NCBI GenBank assembly: GCA_965262715.1 | Contig: OZ253553.1 | Coordinates: 1,760,001 to 1,824,000, forward strand | Direction of reading: 5' to 3' | Length of the DNA stretch: 64,000 nucleotides | Source of the DNA: Bdellovibrionales bacterium | GTDB lineage: Bacteria > Bdellovibrionota > Bdellovibrionia > Bdellovibrionales > JAUICD01 | Part shown: positions 38,501 through 48,319 of the stretch, piece by piece | How positions within the stretch are numbered: the first letter of the stretch is position 1 | Layout: every line of letters begins with the position of its first letter | Notes under the pieces: generated by a model | The model's input: only the letters and a program-made list of their open reading frames with translations | Told to the model about the DNA's origin: nothing | Database searches by the model: none | Made by a program: the position numbers and the translations under genes

Positions 38501-41185
38501 TCACAAAACTTCTTGAGCTATTTCTGATAGAATATCTTCTGCAGCTCTGATAACAGAATCTTTATCAATTCCATGATACTTATAAATATCACTTGGTTTG
38601 CCGCATTTGGAATGCTTTCTCACAGCAAGAGCCTTTTGCTGAACACCTAATATAGATCCAATATTATCTAATAAACCAGGCTCTCCATCATGCACACTTA
38701 CAACTGGGATACGGGTTATTAAATCCACAGATGTGATTTGGTTACACTTAAAAAGAGTATCACATTGTAAATGCTTTTTAAGGTGATAATAGTTATCTGC
38801 AAAACCTAAATGGCCAATAAGTAGATCTGGGCTGGTAACAACAATAACATTGGCATAAATACCTTTTTCCAGTAGGGCATCTGACGCGCAAATGGCTTCG
38901 GTTGTGGGAGAGCCCATCGCAAAAATATTCACTACGTTATCTCCCGGTTCATAACCGATATACTCGCGGTAATCTATGAGATAATATCCTCCTTTTAAAA
39001 CTTCATATCGAATTTTTTGAAGGATTTCATTTTCTGATAAAGTATCAAGTGTTTTTTCATCAATAGCTCCTTTTGTAGATAGATGATGTGGGTGTAGAGG
39101 CTTTGAAGTTTTATCTATTTTAAAGCGGTGTTGCATTTTGAGACGGTTTAAAAATTGTTTTTGGTCAAACCCTCTGGTTGTTGCACGAATGAGAACACCT
39201 GTCCTTTGCGCTTCATTATTATTTTCATCATTAAGGAAATGTCTTTTAAGAGCATCTACAAATATCCAATCAAGTTCTTGGCAGAAAAAAGGCTCCCATG
39301 TAATCTGATGAGGTATTTGAAAATCTGACTTCCAACCATGTTGTGCCCCTTCAGCAGATAAGGTGATTCCTGAAGGTGTACCAAATAAGACAAAACTTGA
39401 ATCCCAATACAAATTATAAAAATATTGATCTAATGCCCTTTTGATAAAAAAGTCATAGACTGTCATTAAAGGCATTAAAGGGATGCCTAAAAGATCTTTT
39501 ATTTTTCCAAAAGCTCCCATACAAGACATGCTATTGGCTTCTGTAATTTCAAATCTAAAAAATCTATTTTCGGTTGTTCTTTGAGGAAGTAATGTTGGGG
39601 ATTTCTTATCTTTTACATTCAGATTTGATTCATAATCTGGAATACTTATCTCTCCAAAAATCTTTTTATCCATTGTGTATTGAAGGTTTGTGGAGGTGCC
39701 TACATCGGGAGACATTAAAGTGATGAGCTGACTTAAGGCTTGAAAGGCTTTTTCTGTAGGGCTTTTATATTCATTGGCTATACGAGTAAGTTTTGCAGCC
39801 AATTGGCCAAGCATCCATTGTGTATGGGGATAATTGACCATTTTTAAATTAATATCTAAAGTGTCTGGAACTTGGGAGAGGTTGTTTTGAAAAATGGATT
39901 GATTATGTTTTTTAATAGATTGTTTTTCTGTAAACTGTGCAAATAGATCATCTCCACGTTTTTTAAGAAACTGTCCTTCTAAAGAAGACCTAGAAAATCT
40001 CTCAAATGGATGTTCTAAGGAAAGTCCATGCTTTTGTGTCAGTTCTATTATTTCCTGTTTATCTGGCAGGGCATTGTGATTTGATGACTGCGCTGCAGAT
40101 TTTAACCCAAAACCTTTAATTGTGTGAGCTATAATAAGGCAGGGCCTTTTAAATGTTTTGCTTTTTTGGAGTGCTGGAATTAACTCTTGATAATCATGAC
40201 CGCCTAAATCTTGCAAACCAAGATGCAGTTCTTTATCAGTAACTTTTTTTAGAAAATTATCGATTTTAGGATCTACTTTAAGAAGTTCTTTTCTTACCAA
40301 ATCAGGATCTTTGCTAAGCAAAAGGGCTTGTAATTGAAGATCTTCAAGTTTATTTTCTAAAATATCTTGAAAAACTCTACCCCCATCTTTTTGAAAAAGC
40401 TGTTTTCGAAGATGTCCATGTTGAACTGAAATAACATCCCAACCATTGGCCATAGCTGTTTTTGCAATTCGATGATAATCATGGCCTCCTATAACATCGG
40501 TGTTAGTAATTCTTTGTCCATCCAGGCTCTGCCTGTTGTAGTCAATGATCCAAGTGAGATTACTAATTTGTCTTTCTGCAAAGTCGGGTATAGCCTCAAA
40601 CAGAGACCCTTCTCTAAACTCAGAGTCTCCAATCAATGCCCAAAAGTGGGCAGATTCTGGAACTTTAAAACCTTCTATTTGCTGAACATAATCATGAGCC
40701 AGCGCTAAATAACCTAAGTTGACAGGAGGAATCCCAACTGTTCCTGATGGAAGATAACCCTCATGATCAGGATCATACTTTGAATGATAAGATTGAAATA
40801 CGGGTTCACCTTCTTTAGAAAAAGCTCTAAGTCCATACATAGCTTTTTCGCACAAATCTTCACTCATGCGGTTTTTATCTTTATTTAAAAAAAGATCTAA
40901 TAGGTAATTAAAAGCATGATCTGTAGGTGATGTGTGAGGCTTAATAGCCATATAATCAAATCCTGATTTAACCATTAAATGCAAAGCGCCTAAAATATGA
41001 AGACTGCTTGCAGAGGCTGTAGGATGACCACCTACTTTTGGATCCCCTTTTTCTTGATCGTCTCGGTGATTTGCTAAGTAAATCATCATAGTTGCAAAGT
41101 AATGCGCTCTTTTTGTAATAGAGTTAAGTGTATTTAGAGTATTCGCACTTAGGTTGTTTGTTTGACTTTGACCTGTTTTGATCAC
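38501..41185 (-). CDS. aceE: Pyruvate dehydrogenase E1 component (homodimeric AceE type)
   Basis: KVGGH, GDSEFREG...YNRQSLD ThDP-binding motif, HTIKG, EITEAN, GTPSGITLSAEGAQH. Confidence 0.85.
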   Translation of the reverse strand: MIKTGQSQTNNLSANTLNTLNSITKRAHYFATMMIYLANHRDDQEKGDPKVGGHPTASASSLHILGALHLMVKSGFDYMAIKPHTSPTDHAFNYLLDLFLNKDKNRMSEDLCEKAMYGLRAFSKEGEPVFQSYHSKYDPDHEGYLPSGTVGIPPVNLGYLALAHDYVQQIEGFKVPESAHFWALIGDSEFREGSLFEAIPDFAERQISNLTWIIDYNRQSLDGQRITNTDVIGGHDYHRIAKTAMANGWDVISVQHGHLRKQLFQKDGGRVFQDILENKLEDLQLQALLLSKDPDLVRKELLKVDPKIDNFLKKVTDKELHLGLQDLGGHDYQELIPALQKSKTFKRPCLIIAHTIKGFGLKSAAQSSNHNALPDKQEIIELTQKHGLSLEHPFERFSRSSLEGQFLKKRGDDLFAQFTEKQSIKKHNQSIFQNNLSQVPDTLDINLKMVNYPHTQWMLGQLAAKLTRIANEYKSPTEKAFQALSQLITLMSPDVGTSTNLQYTMDKKIFGEISIPDYESNLNVKDKKSPTLLPQRTTENRFFRFEITEANSMSCMGAFGKIKDLLGIPLMPLMTVYDFFIKRALDQYFYNLYWDSSFVLFGTPSGITLSAEGAQHGWKSDFQIPHQITWEPFFCQELDWIFVDALKRHFLNDENNNEAQRTGVLIRATTRGFDQKQFLNRLKMQHRFKIDKTSKPLHPHHLSTKGAIDEKTLDTLSENEILQKIRYEVLKGGYYLIDYREYIGYEPGDNVVNIFAMGSPTTEAICASDALLEKGIYANVIVVTSPDLLIGHLGFADNYYHLKKHLQCDTLFKCNQITSVDLITRIPVVSVHDGEPGLLDNIGSILGVQQKALAVRKHSKCGKPSDIYKYHGIDKDSVIRAAEDILSEIAQEVL

Positions 41186-41198
41186 AAAAACTCCTTTT

Positions 41199-41409
41199 GG
41201 CTTTATTGCATAATTGATTCAACTTAACAATAGCTATGACAGGCTTCTTCACTAGTAGCAGGCAACCCCCGTGCCTTGCATTGCTGTAATTTTAAGATTT
41301 TCTTATAGAATAAAATATTTTTAAAATTATTGTTTCTTAAGGCACTGGCCTGAGCTAGATCAGAAGCCTGTCATAGCTCTTACATTTTAGTGTTTTTTGC
41401 GACAAGACC
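41199..41409. mobile_element. IS903-type MITE carrying a family B hairpin, with a 9-bp target duplication
   Basis: Ends GGCTTTATTGCA / TGCGACAAGACC; flanks ACTCCTTTT (41190-41198) and ACTCCTTTC (41410-41418). Confidence 0.85.
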
Positions 41410-41480
41410 ACTCCTTTCTGTCTTAAATAGATCAACATCTAGTTATTTGTATTTATCAAGGATTCTGGCAAATGTTTGCT

Positions 41481-41547
41481 GGCAACTGTTGACGGGAACT
41501 GATTGCCCGACTGCCGGTTTCCCGGATTGCCCGATTCCCGGAAAAGA
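41481..41547. repeat. Family C repeat
   Basis: GATTGCCCGACTGCCGGTTTCCCGGATTGCCCGATTCCCGGAAAAGA. Confidence 0.65.
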
Positions 41548-41729
41548 TAAATTACCTCTTAATTTATATCATATTAAAAAATTCTTCACTTTTTACTTTC
41601 TGTTTTCACCTCTTATTTTAAGAGTGTATCATTTTAAACTATTTATTAGCTCTTATCAAGCAGTATTCTTATCGGTTGACTTAACAGTGAATCTTAGGTT
41701 TTAGGACTCTGTTTTAAATAGGTACAATA

Positions 41730-41759
41730 TTGACTTTTTGCTCTTTTGTAGGCTAAGAT
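41730..41759 (+). promoter_or_regulatory. Putative sigma70 promoter; predicted +1 coincides with the ATG at 41766
   Basis: TTGACT-18 bp-TAAGAT; no Shine-Dalgarno before the ATG. Confidence 0.45.
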
Positions 41760-41765
41760 TGGAAC

Positions 41766-43277
41766 ATGACAAAGAAGCAAAAACCCTTACAAATTGAAGT
41801 TTCCAACTTTGGCCCTATAACTAAAGGTAAGGTTTGTACTAAGCCTTTAACAATATTTACAGGCCCCAGCAATACAGGCAAAACCTATTTAGCTAAACTG
41901 CTATATTCTGCCTTAAAGACTTCTGGAGATCATATTGATCCTTCAAATATTTCTAGAGGTGACAAGGACCCTTCAAATTTGCCTATAGAAGACATACTTT
42001 TGTTTAAGGGTTCTTTTATAAAACAGAATAAATTTGAAAAGTATTTAATAACAAATAATATTGATGATCTTTCTAAAGATCAAAGTCTTTTTGAAAAAAT
42101 TTTAAAAGAGTGTTTCGATCGTGAACAAGTTAAGGACTTCTTGATTAAATATTTTCTTCTATACACTCGAAGATTGAATAAGAAAATCCTTGGATATCTA
42201 AATACTCTCTATAAGCTCGTTAAAATTGGTCAATCGAATTTAAGTATTACTTTAAATGATATGATGTGTTTTGTTCAAAAAGATGATTTCCAACAAATTT
42301 GTTTAAAAGTAACAAAAAAGCCATTTGAAAACTTTATCGAAATGTGCACTGAAGAAGTTTGTAATTGCATTTGTGCTGATCTCTTTCCAAAAATATCTAA
42401 TGACCAAGATTTAGATAAGGAAGTTTTTTTAAAAAAAATTAACCAAAATATCTCTGATTTTTGTTGTGATTATGGAAAATCCTATTTACCTGCTGATTTT
42501 AATATATATTATCTTCCAGCAGCGCGTACAGGTCTTATAAAAACCCATAGATTGATTGCAGCAAGTGCGATAAAAAGGTTAGCTGGTACGCATAAGGCTT
42601 CTAAATTAATTAATGGTGAAGATGTAGATCTTTTAGAACATTTAATTACTATTGATACGGATAAAGGAACACTTGAAGGAGTATTAGAAATTGTTGATAA
42701 CATTGAAGCACATATTTTAAAAGGAAAAGTAGAGGTTGTCTTTGATGAAACAAATTATCCTGATTTTATTTTTAAGCAAGATAATCGTTCATTTAATATG
42801 CAAGAAGTATCCTCTATGGTAACAGAACTTGCTCCTATTGTACTTTTTTTAAAATATGGTTCTTCGGTGAAATCAGGTGATACTCTTATTATTGATGAAC
42901 CAGAAGCTCATTTACATCCAAAAGCTCAAAAGGATATGGCTGGGATCCTTGTTGCTCTTGTTAAAGCTGGAGTCAATGTCATTATCACCACTCACAGTGA
43001 AACCTTATTGCAAGAAATAAGTAATTATCGCATGGAAAATGTTCCAGAAGAAAAAAGAAAAGAAATTATAGGTAATACACTTAATTTAAGTGAAGATGAA
43101 TTGGCTGTTTATAGTTTTAAAAGAAATGGCAAAGATGTGATTATTGAAGATGTTCCCTTCGACAAAGAAGATGGTATTTCTATCAAAGATCACAATGAAG
43201 TGAGTACTAAGCTTTACGATCAAACGACAGATATATATGATGAAAGTCATAAAGATGAATCAAAATCATCCGCCTAA
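41766..43277 (+). CDS. ABC/AAA_21-type ATPase
   Basis: VSNFGPI, GPSNTGKT Walker A, YLPAAR, SSMVTEL signature-like segment, LIIDEPEAHLHP, IITTHS. Confidence 0.85.
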   Translation: MTKKQKPLQIEVSNFGPITKGKVCTKPLTIFTGPSNTGKTYLAKLLYSALKTSGDHIDPSNISRGDKDPSNLPIEDILLFKGSFIKQNKFEKYLITNNIDDLSKDQSLFEKILKECFDREQVKDFLIKYFLLYTRRLNKKILGYLNTLYKLVKIGQSNLSITLNDMMCFVQKDDFQQICLKVTKKPFENFIEMCTEEVCNCICADLFPKISNDQDLDKEVFLKKINQNISDFCCDYGKSYLPADFNIYYLPAARTGLIKTHRLIAASAIKRLAGTHKASKLINGEDVDLLEHLITIDTDKGTLEGVLEIVDNIEAHILKGKVEVVFDETNYPDFIFKQDNRSFNMQEVSSMVTELAPIVLFLKYGSSVKSGDTLIIDEPEAHLHPKAQKDMAGILVALVKAGVNVIITTHSETLLQEISNYRMENVPEEKRKEIIGNTLNLSEDELAVYSFKRNGKDVIIEDVPFDKEDGISIKDHNEVSTKLYDQTTDIYDESHKDESKSSA

Positions 43278-43740
43278 AGTAACTATACAAGAACACTTAA
43301 AAAATCTTGGCGTTGTTATGCAATTACCACAAACCCTCACACAAGACGGGTGTAAAGTTAATTTAGAAGGCTTTAAACACGATCAAAATAGTTTTGTTGT
43401 AGATGTCGATAAAGAAATAGAGAAAAAAAACTCAGAAGTTGAGTGTAAAGGGAAGAGATGTGATTTAGTTTTATGTGCTAATAATAAGGACTGTGTTCTT
43501 ATAGAAGTTAAAAGGGGACAGGCACGGAACAGTGCAAGAGAACAACTTTTAAATACACGTGAATGGTTTAAAAAGCAGAAAAATATTTCTCCTAAAATGA
43601 CATATTACCTTGTACTTATTGCTGAAAGCATAACCCCATATCAACTCAGAAGTAAGAGATTTCAAAAAGCAGGCATTTTACATATAAAACATGGAAAAGA
43701 TATATTTAAGTATTTAAAAGATAGACTAAAAAATAACTAG
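43237..43740 (+). CDS. Putative PD-(D/E)XK nuclease-like partner of the ATPase
   Basis: KRCD...VLIEVKRG...A.EQL pattern; overlaps the ATPase stop. Confidence 0.6.
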   Translation: MMKVIKMNQNHPPKVTIQEHLKNLGVVMQLPQTLTQDGCKVNLEGFKHDQNSFVVDVDKEIEKKNSEVECKGKRCDLVLCANNKDCVLIEVKRGQARNSAREQLLNTREWFKKQKNISPKMTYYLVLIAESITPYQLRSKRFQKAGILHIKHGKDIFKYLKDRLKNN

Positions 43741-44195
43741 AAGTAGTTTGATAAAATAGGTTTTGCAATATAGAGATAGAGTTATGACAGGTTTCTGGAG
43801 TAGGTCTAGGCCAGTGCCTCAAGAGACAAAGTATATATAAGGTACTTGATACTATAACAAAATCTTAAAATAACAGAAATACAAGGCACGGGGGTTGCCT
43901 AAGACCTATGGAAGAAGCCTGTCATAACTCTAGATATTAGGATACTTTCTTTTATCATGACATTGGATAACTTGCTGATGTAGTACTAGAGATAACCTCA
44001 AAGATAAGTTTTGTATTTTAAAACATATCTATTTAAAGGGTCTGGCAGTCGGGCAGGCTGGTAAACTGTAACTGGTAAATTAAAGATGCCAGATATTTTG
44101 ATTCCGGATACAGTATGCCAGACTGCCGGATTGCCAGATCCCGGAAAAAAAGAACATTTAAGTAATTATAAACTTTTATTTTTGAACCCATTTCT
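43738..44195. repeat. Stacked repeats: D end, B hairpin (43777-43932), E end (~43967-43988), D end, C repeat (44085-44153), D end
   Basis: Matches to the other copies in this window. Confidence 0.78.
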
Positions 44196-44243
44196 TTAAG
44201 ATTTACCTTGCTTAAAATCCATAAATAATTTAGATAGTAATAG

Positions 44244-45764
44244 GTGATGGAAATGGAAAAAGCAAGACATAAAATATTTGTCCGTTATAGCTCAGAAATG
44301 TCTCTTAAGGGTAATAAGGCTAAAAATGATCTTATTAAAGTTTTAAGCAAAAATATTTTAAAACAAGCAAAAACTTATGATCCAAATATACAAATTATCA
44401 AAAGATTTAATTATTTAGAAATACAAACTCTTTATCATGAAAAAGTGATTTCTATCCTTAAAAGAACTTTTGGTATTGGTAGTATTTCTCATATACTAGC
44501 AGAAACTACAGAAGATTTAGATGGCATTATCTCACTTGGGAGAGCTGTTTTTAAAGATGTTGTAAAAGATAAAACTTTTGCTGTTATTATGAAAAGAGCA
44601 GGGTCTAAAAACTTTAGTTCTCAATCACTAAGGGAAAAATTAGGAGCCGCACTTTTGCCTTATTCTAAAGGTGTTGATTTAAAAAAGCCTCAACAAGAAG
44701 TAAGAATCGATTGGATCAATGGCACATCTTATTTTAGCCTCAATAGAATAAAAGGACAGGGAGGTTTCGCAAGCGGTTCTCAAGGAACAGTTGTCGTGCT
44801 TATATCTGGAGGTTTTGACTCATGTGTTGCTGCTTGGATGCTTATGAAAAGAGGGGTTTTATGCCATCTTGTTTTTTGCAATCTAGCTGGAAAAGCCTAT
44901 CAACGCCTTGTATTACAGATAAGTAAGTTATTAATAGATCAATGGGGAGGAGGAGGAAGGGAACAAAAGTTCATTGCAGTTGATTTTAATAAAATCTTAG
45001 AAGATATGATTAAAAATGTAAAAGATAATTATAGGCAAATTATTTTAAAGAGAAAAATGTTTAAAGTGGCTGAATATTTTGCTAATAGCTTCAAAGCAGA
45101 TGCTATTGTAACAGGAGAGGCTCTTGCTCAAGTGAGTTCTCAGACTCTTAAGAACTTAAGAGTTATAGAAAGCGCAACATCACTTCCTGTTTTAAGGCCA
45201 TTAATTGGTATGAACAAGCAAGAGATTATTGATCTTTCTTATAAGATTGGTACAGGATTTCTCTCTGAGCATGTAAAAGAAAGATGTAATATCACAAATA
45301 CGTTTCCAGTACTTGCAGCAAATCTTAAAGAGACTCAAGGTGAAGAAGATAAAACAAATCTCAATATTTTTCATGAAAGTTTAAAGTTTAGCAAGATGTT
45401 TGATTTAAATAAAATAGAACTTAAAAAAGTTAGAGAAGATTCTTTATTTAAAGTTGAGGTTACAGAGAATGATCATATTATTGACTGTCAACCAGAGCAT
45501 TTTTATAAAGTTCATCATTTTATAGGAGCTTCACATATTGAGTTTGATAAAATCCAAACACAATTTAAATCTTTAGATCCTAAAAAATCTTATTTAATCT
45601 ACTGTACTTACGGAACTCAATCTGCAATGGCAGCTGAATACTTGCAACAGATGGGACTGGAGGCCTACGCTTTTTTAGGTGGTATAAATAGCTTAAAAAA
45701 AAGCTATCCTGACAAAATGACAAGTCTTCACGAAAGGAAAAAAAGCCACTTATATGTCAAGTAG
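44244..45764 (+). CDS. thiI: tRNA 4-thiouridine synthase ThiI with C-terminal rhodanese domain
   Basis: THUMP region, LISGGFDS PP-loop, TGEALAQVSSQTL, LRPLIG, YCTYGTQS rhodanese Cys. Confidence 0.92.
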   Translation: MMEMEKARHKIFVRYSSEMSLKGNKAKNDLIKVLSKNILKQAKTYDPNIQIIKRFNYLEIQTLYHEKVISILKRTFGIGSISHILAETTEDLDGIISLGRAVFKDVVKDKTFAVIMKRAGSKNFSSQSLREKLGAALLPYSKGVDLKKPQQEVRIDWINGTSYFSLNRIKGQGGFASGSQGTVVVLISGGFDSCVAAWMLMKRGVLCHLVFCNLAGKAYQRLVLQISKLLIDQWGGGGREQKFIAVDFNKILEDMIKNVKDNYRQIILKRKMFKVAEYFANSFKADAIVTGEALAQVSSQTLKNLRVIESATSLPVLRPLIGMNKQEIIDLSYKIGTGFLSEHVKERCNITNTFPVLAANLKETQGEEDKTNLNIFHESLKFSKMFDLNKIELKKVREDSLFKVEVTENDHIIDCQPEHFYKVHHFIGASHIEFDKIQTQFKSLDPKKSYLIYCTYGTQSAMAAEYLQQMGLEAYAFLGGINSLKKSYPDKMTSLHERKKSHLYVK

Positions 45765-46270
45765 AAGCAGTTTCAAAAATACTAGAAGCCATCTCAAAAA
45801 TAAAGTTTTATATTACCCGTTGAGAAATAAAAGCATTTCCCTTAACATTGCTTAAAAAAATGAGAGATATCTACCCTACTCAAAATAAACAGATTTTTGA
45901 GGCGGTTAGCATCCCCTTGAAGGGGACACATCCCGTAGCGTAAGCCTTCAGGCTAACTGATAAACAACAACAATTTCCCTAACATGGTGTAAGAGAATGA
46001 GGAAACTCTTTCTACTAAAATACATCTTTCTTTCTAGGCGATAACCATTTTCTGATGGAGCCTCAGGGTTATCGCCAGAAAGTGGCCAGGGACTTGCATC
46101 GAGAGGCCAGATGCATTTTAGTGAACAGAGGTTGGTTTATTTTGAGTGAAATAAATTAAACACAAAACATAACATATAACTAAAGATGGCTTCTTACCTG
46201 AGTCTACTCCAGACGCCTGTTATAACTCTATTTCAGTATTGTAAAGTGCAAAGCTTATTTTTGAGACCAC
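45762..46270. repeat. Composite: D ends, a nested family A dimer (45835-46150) and a half B element
   Basis: Outer ACTCAAAATAAAC/GTTTATTTTGAGT stem interrupted by an inner ACTAAAATACATCT/AGATGCATTTTAGT element. Confidence 0.78.
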
Positions 46271-46301
46271 GTAACTTCAAATTACTTTGAAGTATTTTTA
46301 T

Positions 46302-48014
46302 TTATTCTCTAAAAATAACGAAAATTTGATTTTGCTCTACACGAGCTTTATTTATGTCACTCTCTGAGAGAACATAATCCTGATATCCTTTAGCTTTTAA
46401 GACGATAAATTGACCTTCATGAAATCTTATTTGTTTAGGTGTTCTTTGATAGTCCCATACTCCATCTATAAAAATCTTAGCTCTACTTGGATGGCTAGAA
46501 ATAAAGATGCTCATGTAAGTGGGGGTTGCTTTTTCTGATGTAAGTGTTTTGTCCTTTTCATCTTTCCCATCTATGAGTTTTGTAATTTGTTTTTTTGTGC
46601 TTTGAAATAAAGTGCTTATTTTTTTAGTCAATTTATTTGTATCTTCTGGATATTTTGTCTTGAGATGAAGAGTAAAAATAACACCAATGGAGAACATTAA
46701 AAGCATGCCAAGTTTCATGCAGATAGAGCTAGTTATTTTTTTTGGAGAAAATAGGTTGTTAGGTTTTTTTACATGCTGATATTTTTGAGGACTCTTTTTT
46801 CTTTGTTGTATGAATTTATTAGGTGTTATTGCTTTTACTTGATTAGTTATAGTATGCATAGGAACTTGAGCGACAGCCTTAGATGCTACTTTAGAACTAG
46901 AGAACTTGCCTGATGATAATGACTGTGCTACATTTCCTTCTTGAGTAAGAGTGATTGTTTTTGTTTTTTCATCAAACTCTATACCTTTTTTTTCTAATTT
47001 CTCTAGTGAAGATTTTATAACTTTATTGATATCATCAAACTCTTTCTTATAAAAATTTTGAATCTTGTAACCAAGATGAATAGGATTGAAATTTGGATAT
47101 TTGGCATTGAGAAGACTAGATAACTCTTGATGAAAGTCGTTTGCTGTCATTTTCCTAAGGTTTCTATCGCGAATCAGAGCCCTACTCACAATTTTTTCTA
47201 TATCTGCGAGATATGGGGTTTCAGGACTTATGCTTTTTAATCTAGGAATATGAGCTTCTTTGACTTTTTTTAAAATTTTGGCTTGAGTGTTTGCATAAAA
47301 AAGACGTTGTTTGGAGAGTAGTTCCCAAAGAATAATACCTAAAGAAAAAATATCTGTTTTTTGGTTTATCTCCAACCCATCAGCTTGTTCTGGGCTCATA
47401 TAACTAAACTTGCCTTGAAGTTTCTTAGCTCGCATTTGAGCCATTTGAGTTGGGTCATTACGTTTAGATATACCAAAATCAATGAGCTTTACTTCTCCTT
47501 CGATACTCACCATGGCATTTTGGGGACTGATGTCACCATGTACTAGATAAAGCTTTTCTCCTGTTTTAGGATGAACAAACCTATGCGCATAATCTAAACT
47601 GGCAGCAAGTTCTTTAATGATATAGATTTTTTCTTCAAAAGCAAGATCTGCTTGGGCTGTATAAAGGTCCTTTAAAATCTGTCTAAGGTTTTTTCCTCTA
47701 ATGAACTCTAATTCTAAGACTAATTTTTGTTTTTTTTCTCCTTTTATCATCTCGTCAACGGTATTATAACCAATAACAGATGCGATATTTTTATGTGACA
47801 TATTCATCACTATGTCTGTCTCTTCCTCAAACATCTTGATGAACTCTAAACTTGAGGAAAAAGAGGAGATCATTGTTTTGATAGCCATTAATTTAGAGGC
47901 TTTTGGTTGACCTTTAGTTGTTTTAGGTCTCTTAACGGCTAAATGAACCTCGGCCATGCCTCCTTTACCGAGTTCATGAATTAAAATATATTCTTTACCA
48001 AGCTTTTTTTCCAT
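46302..48014 (-). CDS. Hanks-type Ser/Thr protein kinase with TM segment and C-terminal PEGA-like domain
   Basis: LGKGGMAEV, AIK, HGDISPQN, DFG, GKFSYMSPEQ, DIFSLG; TM segment; ISSHPSRAKIFIDG..TP. Confidence 0.92.
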   Translation of the reverse strand: MEKKLGKEYILIHELGKGGMAEVHLAVKRPKTTKGQPKASKLMAIKTMISSFSSSLEFIKMFEEETDIVMNMSHKNIASVIGYNTVDEMIKGEKKQKLVLELEFIRGKNLRQILKDLYTAQADLAFEEKIYIIKELAASLDYAHRFVHPKTGEKLYLVHGDISPQNAMVSIEGEVKLIDFGISKRNDPTQMAQMRAKKLQGKFSYMSPEQADGLEINQKTDIFSLGIILWELLSKQRLFYANTQAKILKKVKEAHIPRLKSISPETPYLADIEKIVSRALIRDRNLRKMTANDFHQELSSLLNAKYPNFNPIHLGYKIQNFYKKEFDDINKVIKSSLEKLEKKGIEFDEKTKTITLTQEGNVAQSLSSGKFSSSKVASKAVAQVPMHTITNQVKAITPNKFIQQRKKSPQKYQHVKKPNNLFSPKKITSSICMKLGMLLMFSIGVIFTLHLKTKYPEDTNKLTKKISTLFQSTKKQITKLIDGKDEKDKTLTSEKATPTYMSIFISSHPSRAKIFIDGVWDYQRTPKQIRFHEGQFIVLKAKGYQDYVLSESDINKARVEQNQIFVIFRE

Positions 48015-48168
48015 ATGAAAAACCCATAATTTACCATAATCTATATCGGATTATGGCATTTAGTTCTTAACTTAAGTGGGGTCTAGTTATAGCTTAAAAG
48101 GGCTATTATCATCAAAAAGGTAATGGTTATAAAATGAAACAGTATAGAAGATTTTCGATTTTAGGTAC

Positions 48169-48196
48169 TTGACAGGTGCTTTAGAAATGATATGGT
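48169..48196 (+). promoter_or_regulatory. Sigma70 promoter of the 5S rRNA gene
   Basis: TTGACA-16 bp-TATGGT with an extended TG, ending 5 nt before the 5S start. Confidence 0.6.
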
Positions 48197-48201
48197 GTAT
48201 T

Positions 48202-48319
48202 TACTGGTTTTTATAGCGGTGGGGGTACACCTGATCCCTTTTCGAACTCAGAAGTTAAGTCCGCCAGCGGCCATGGTACTACAGTGATCTCACTGCGGGA
48301 GAGTAGCACGATGCCAGTA
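48202..48319 (+). rRNA. rrf: 5S rRNA, not linked to 16S/23S
   Basis: TACTGG...CCAGTA helix I; CACCTGATCCCTTTTCGAACTCAGAAGTTAAG; ATGGTACT; GGGAGAGTAG. Confidence 0.92.
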
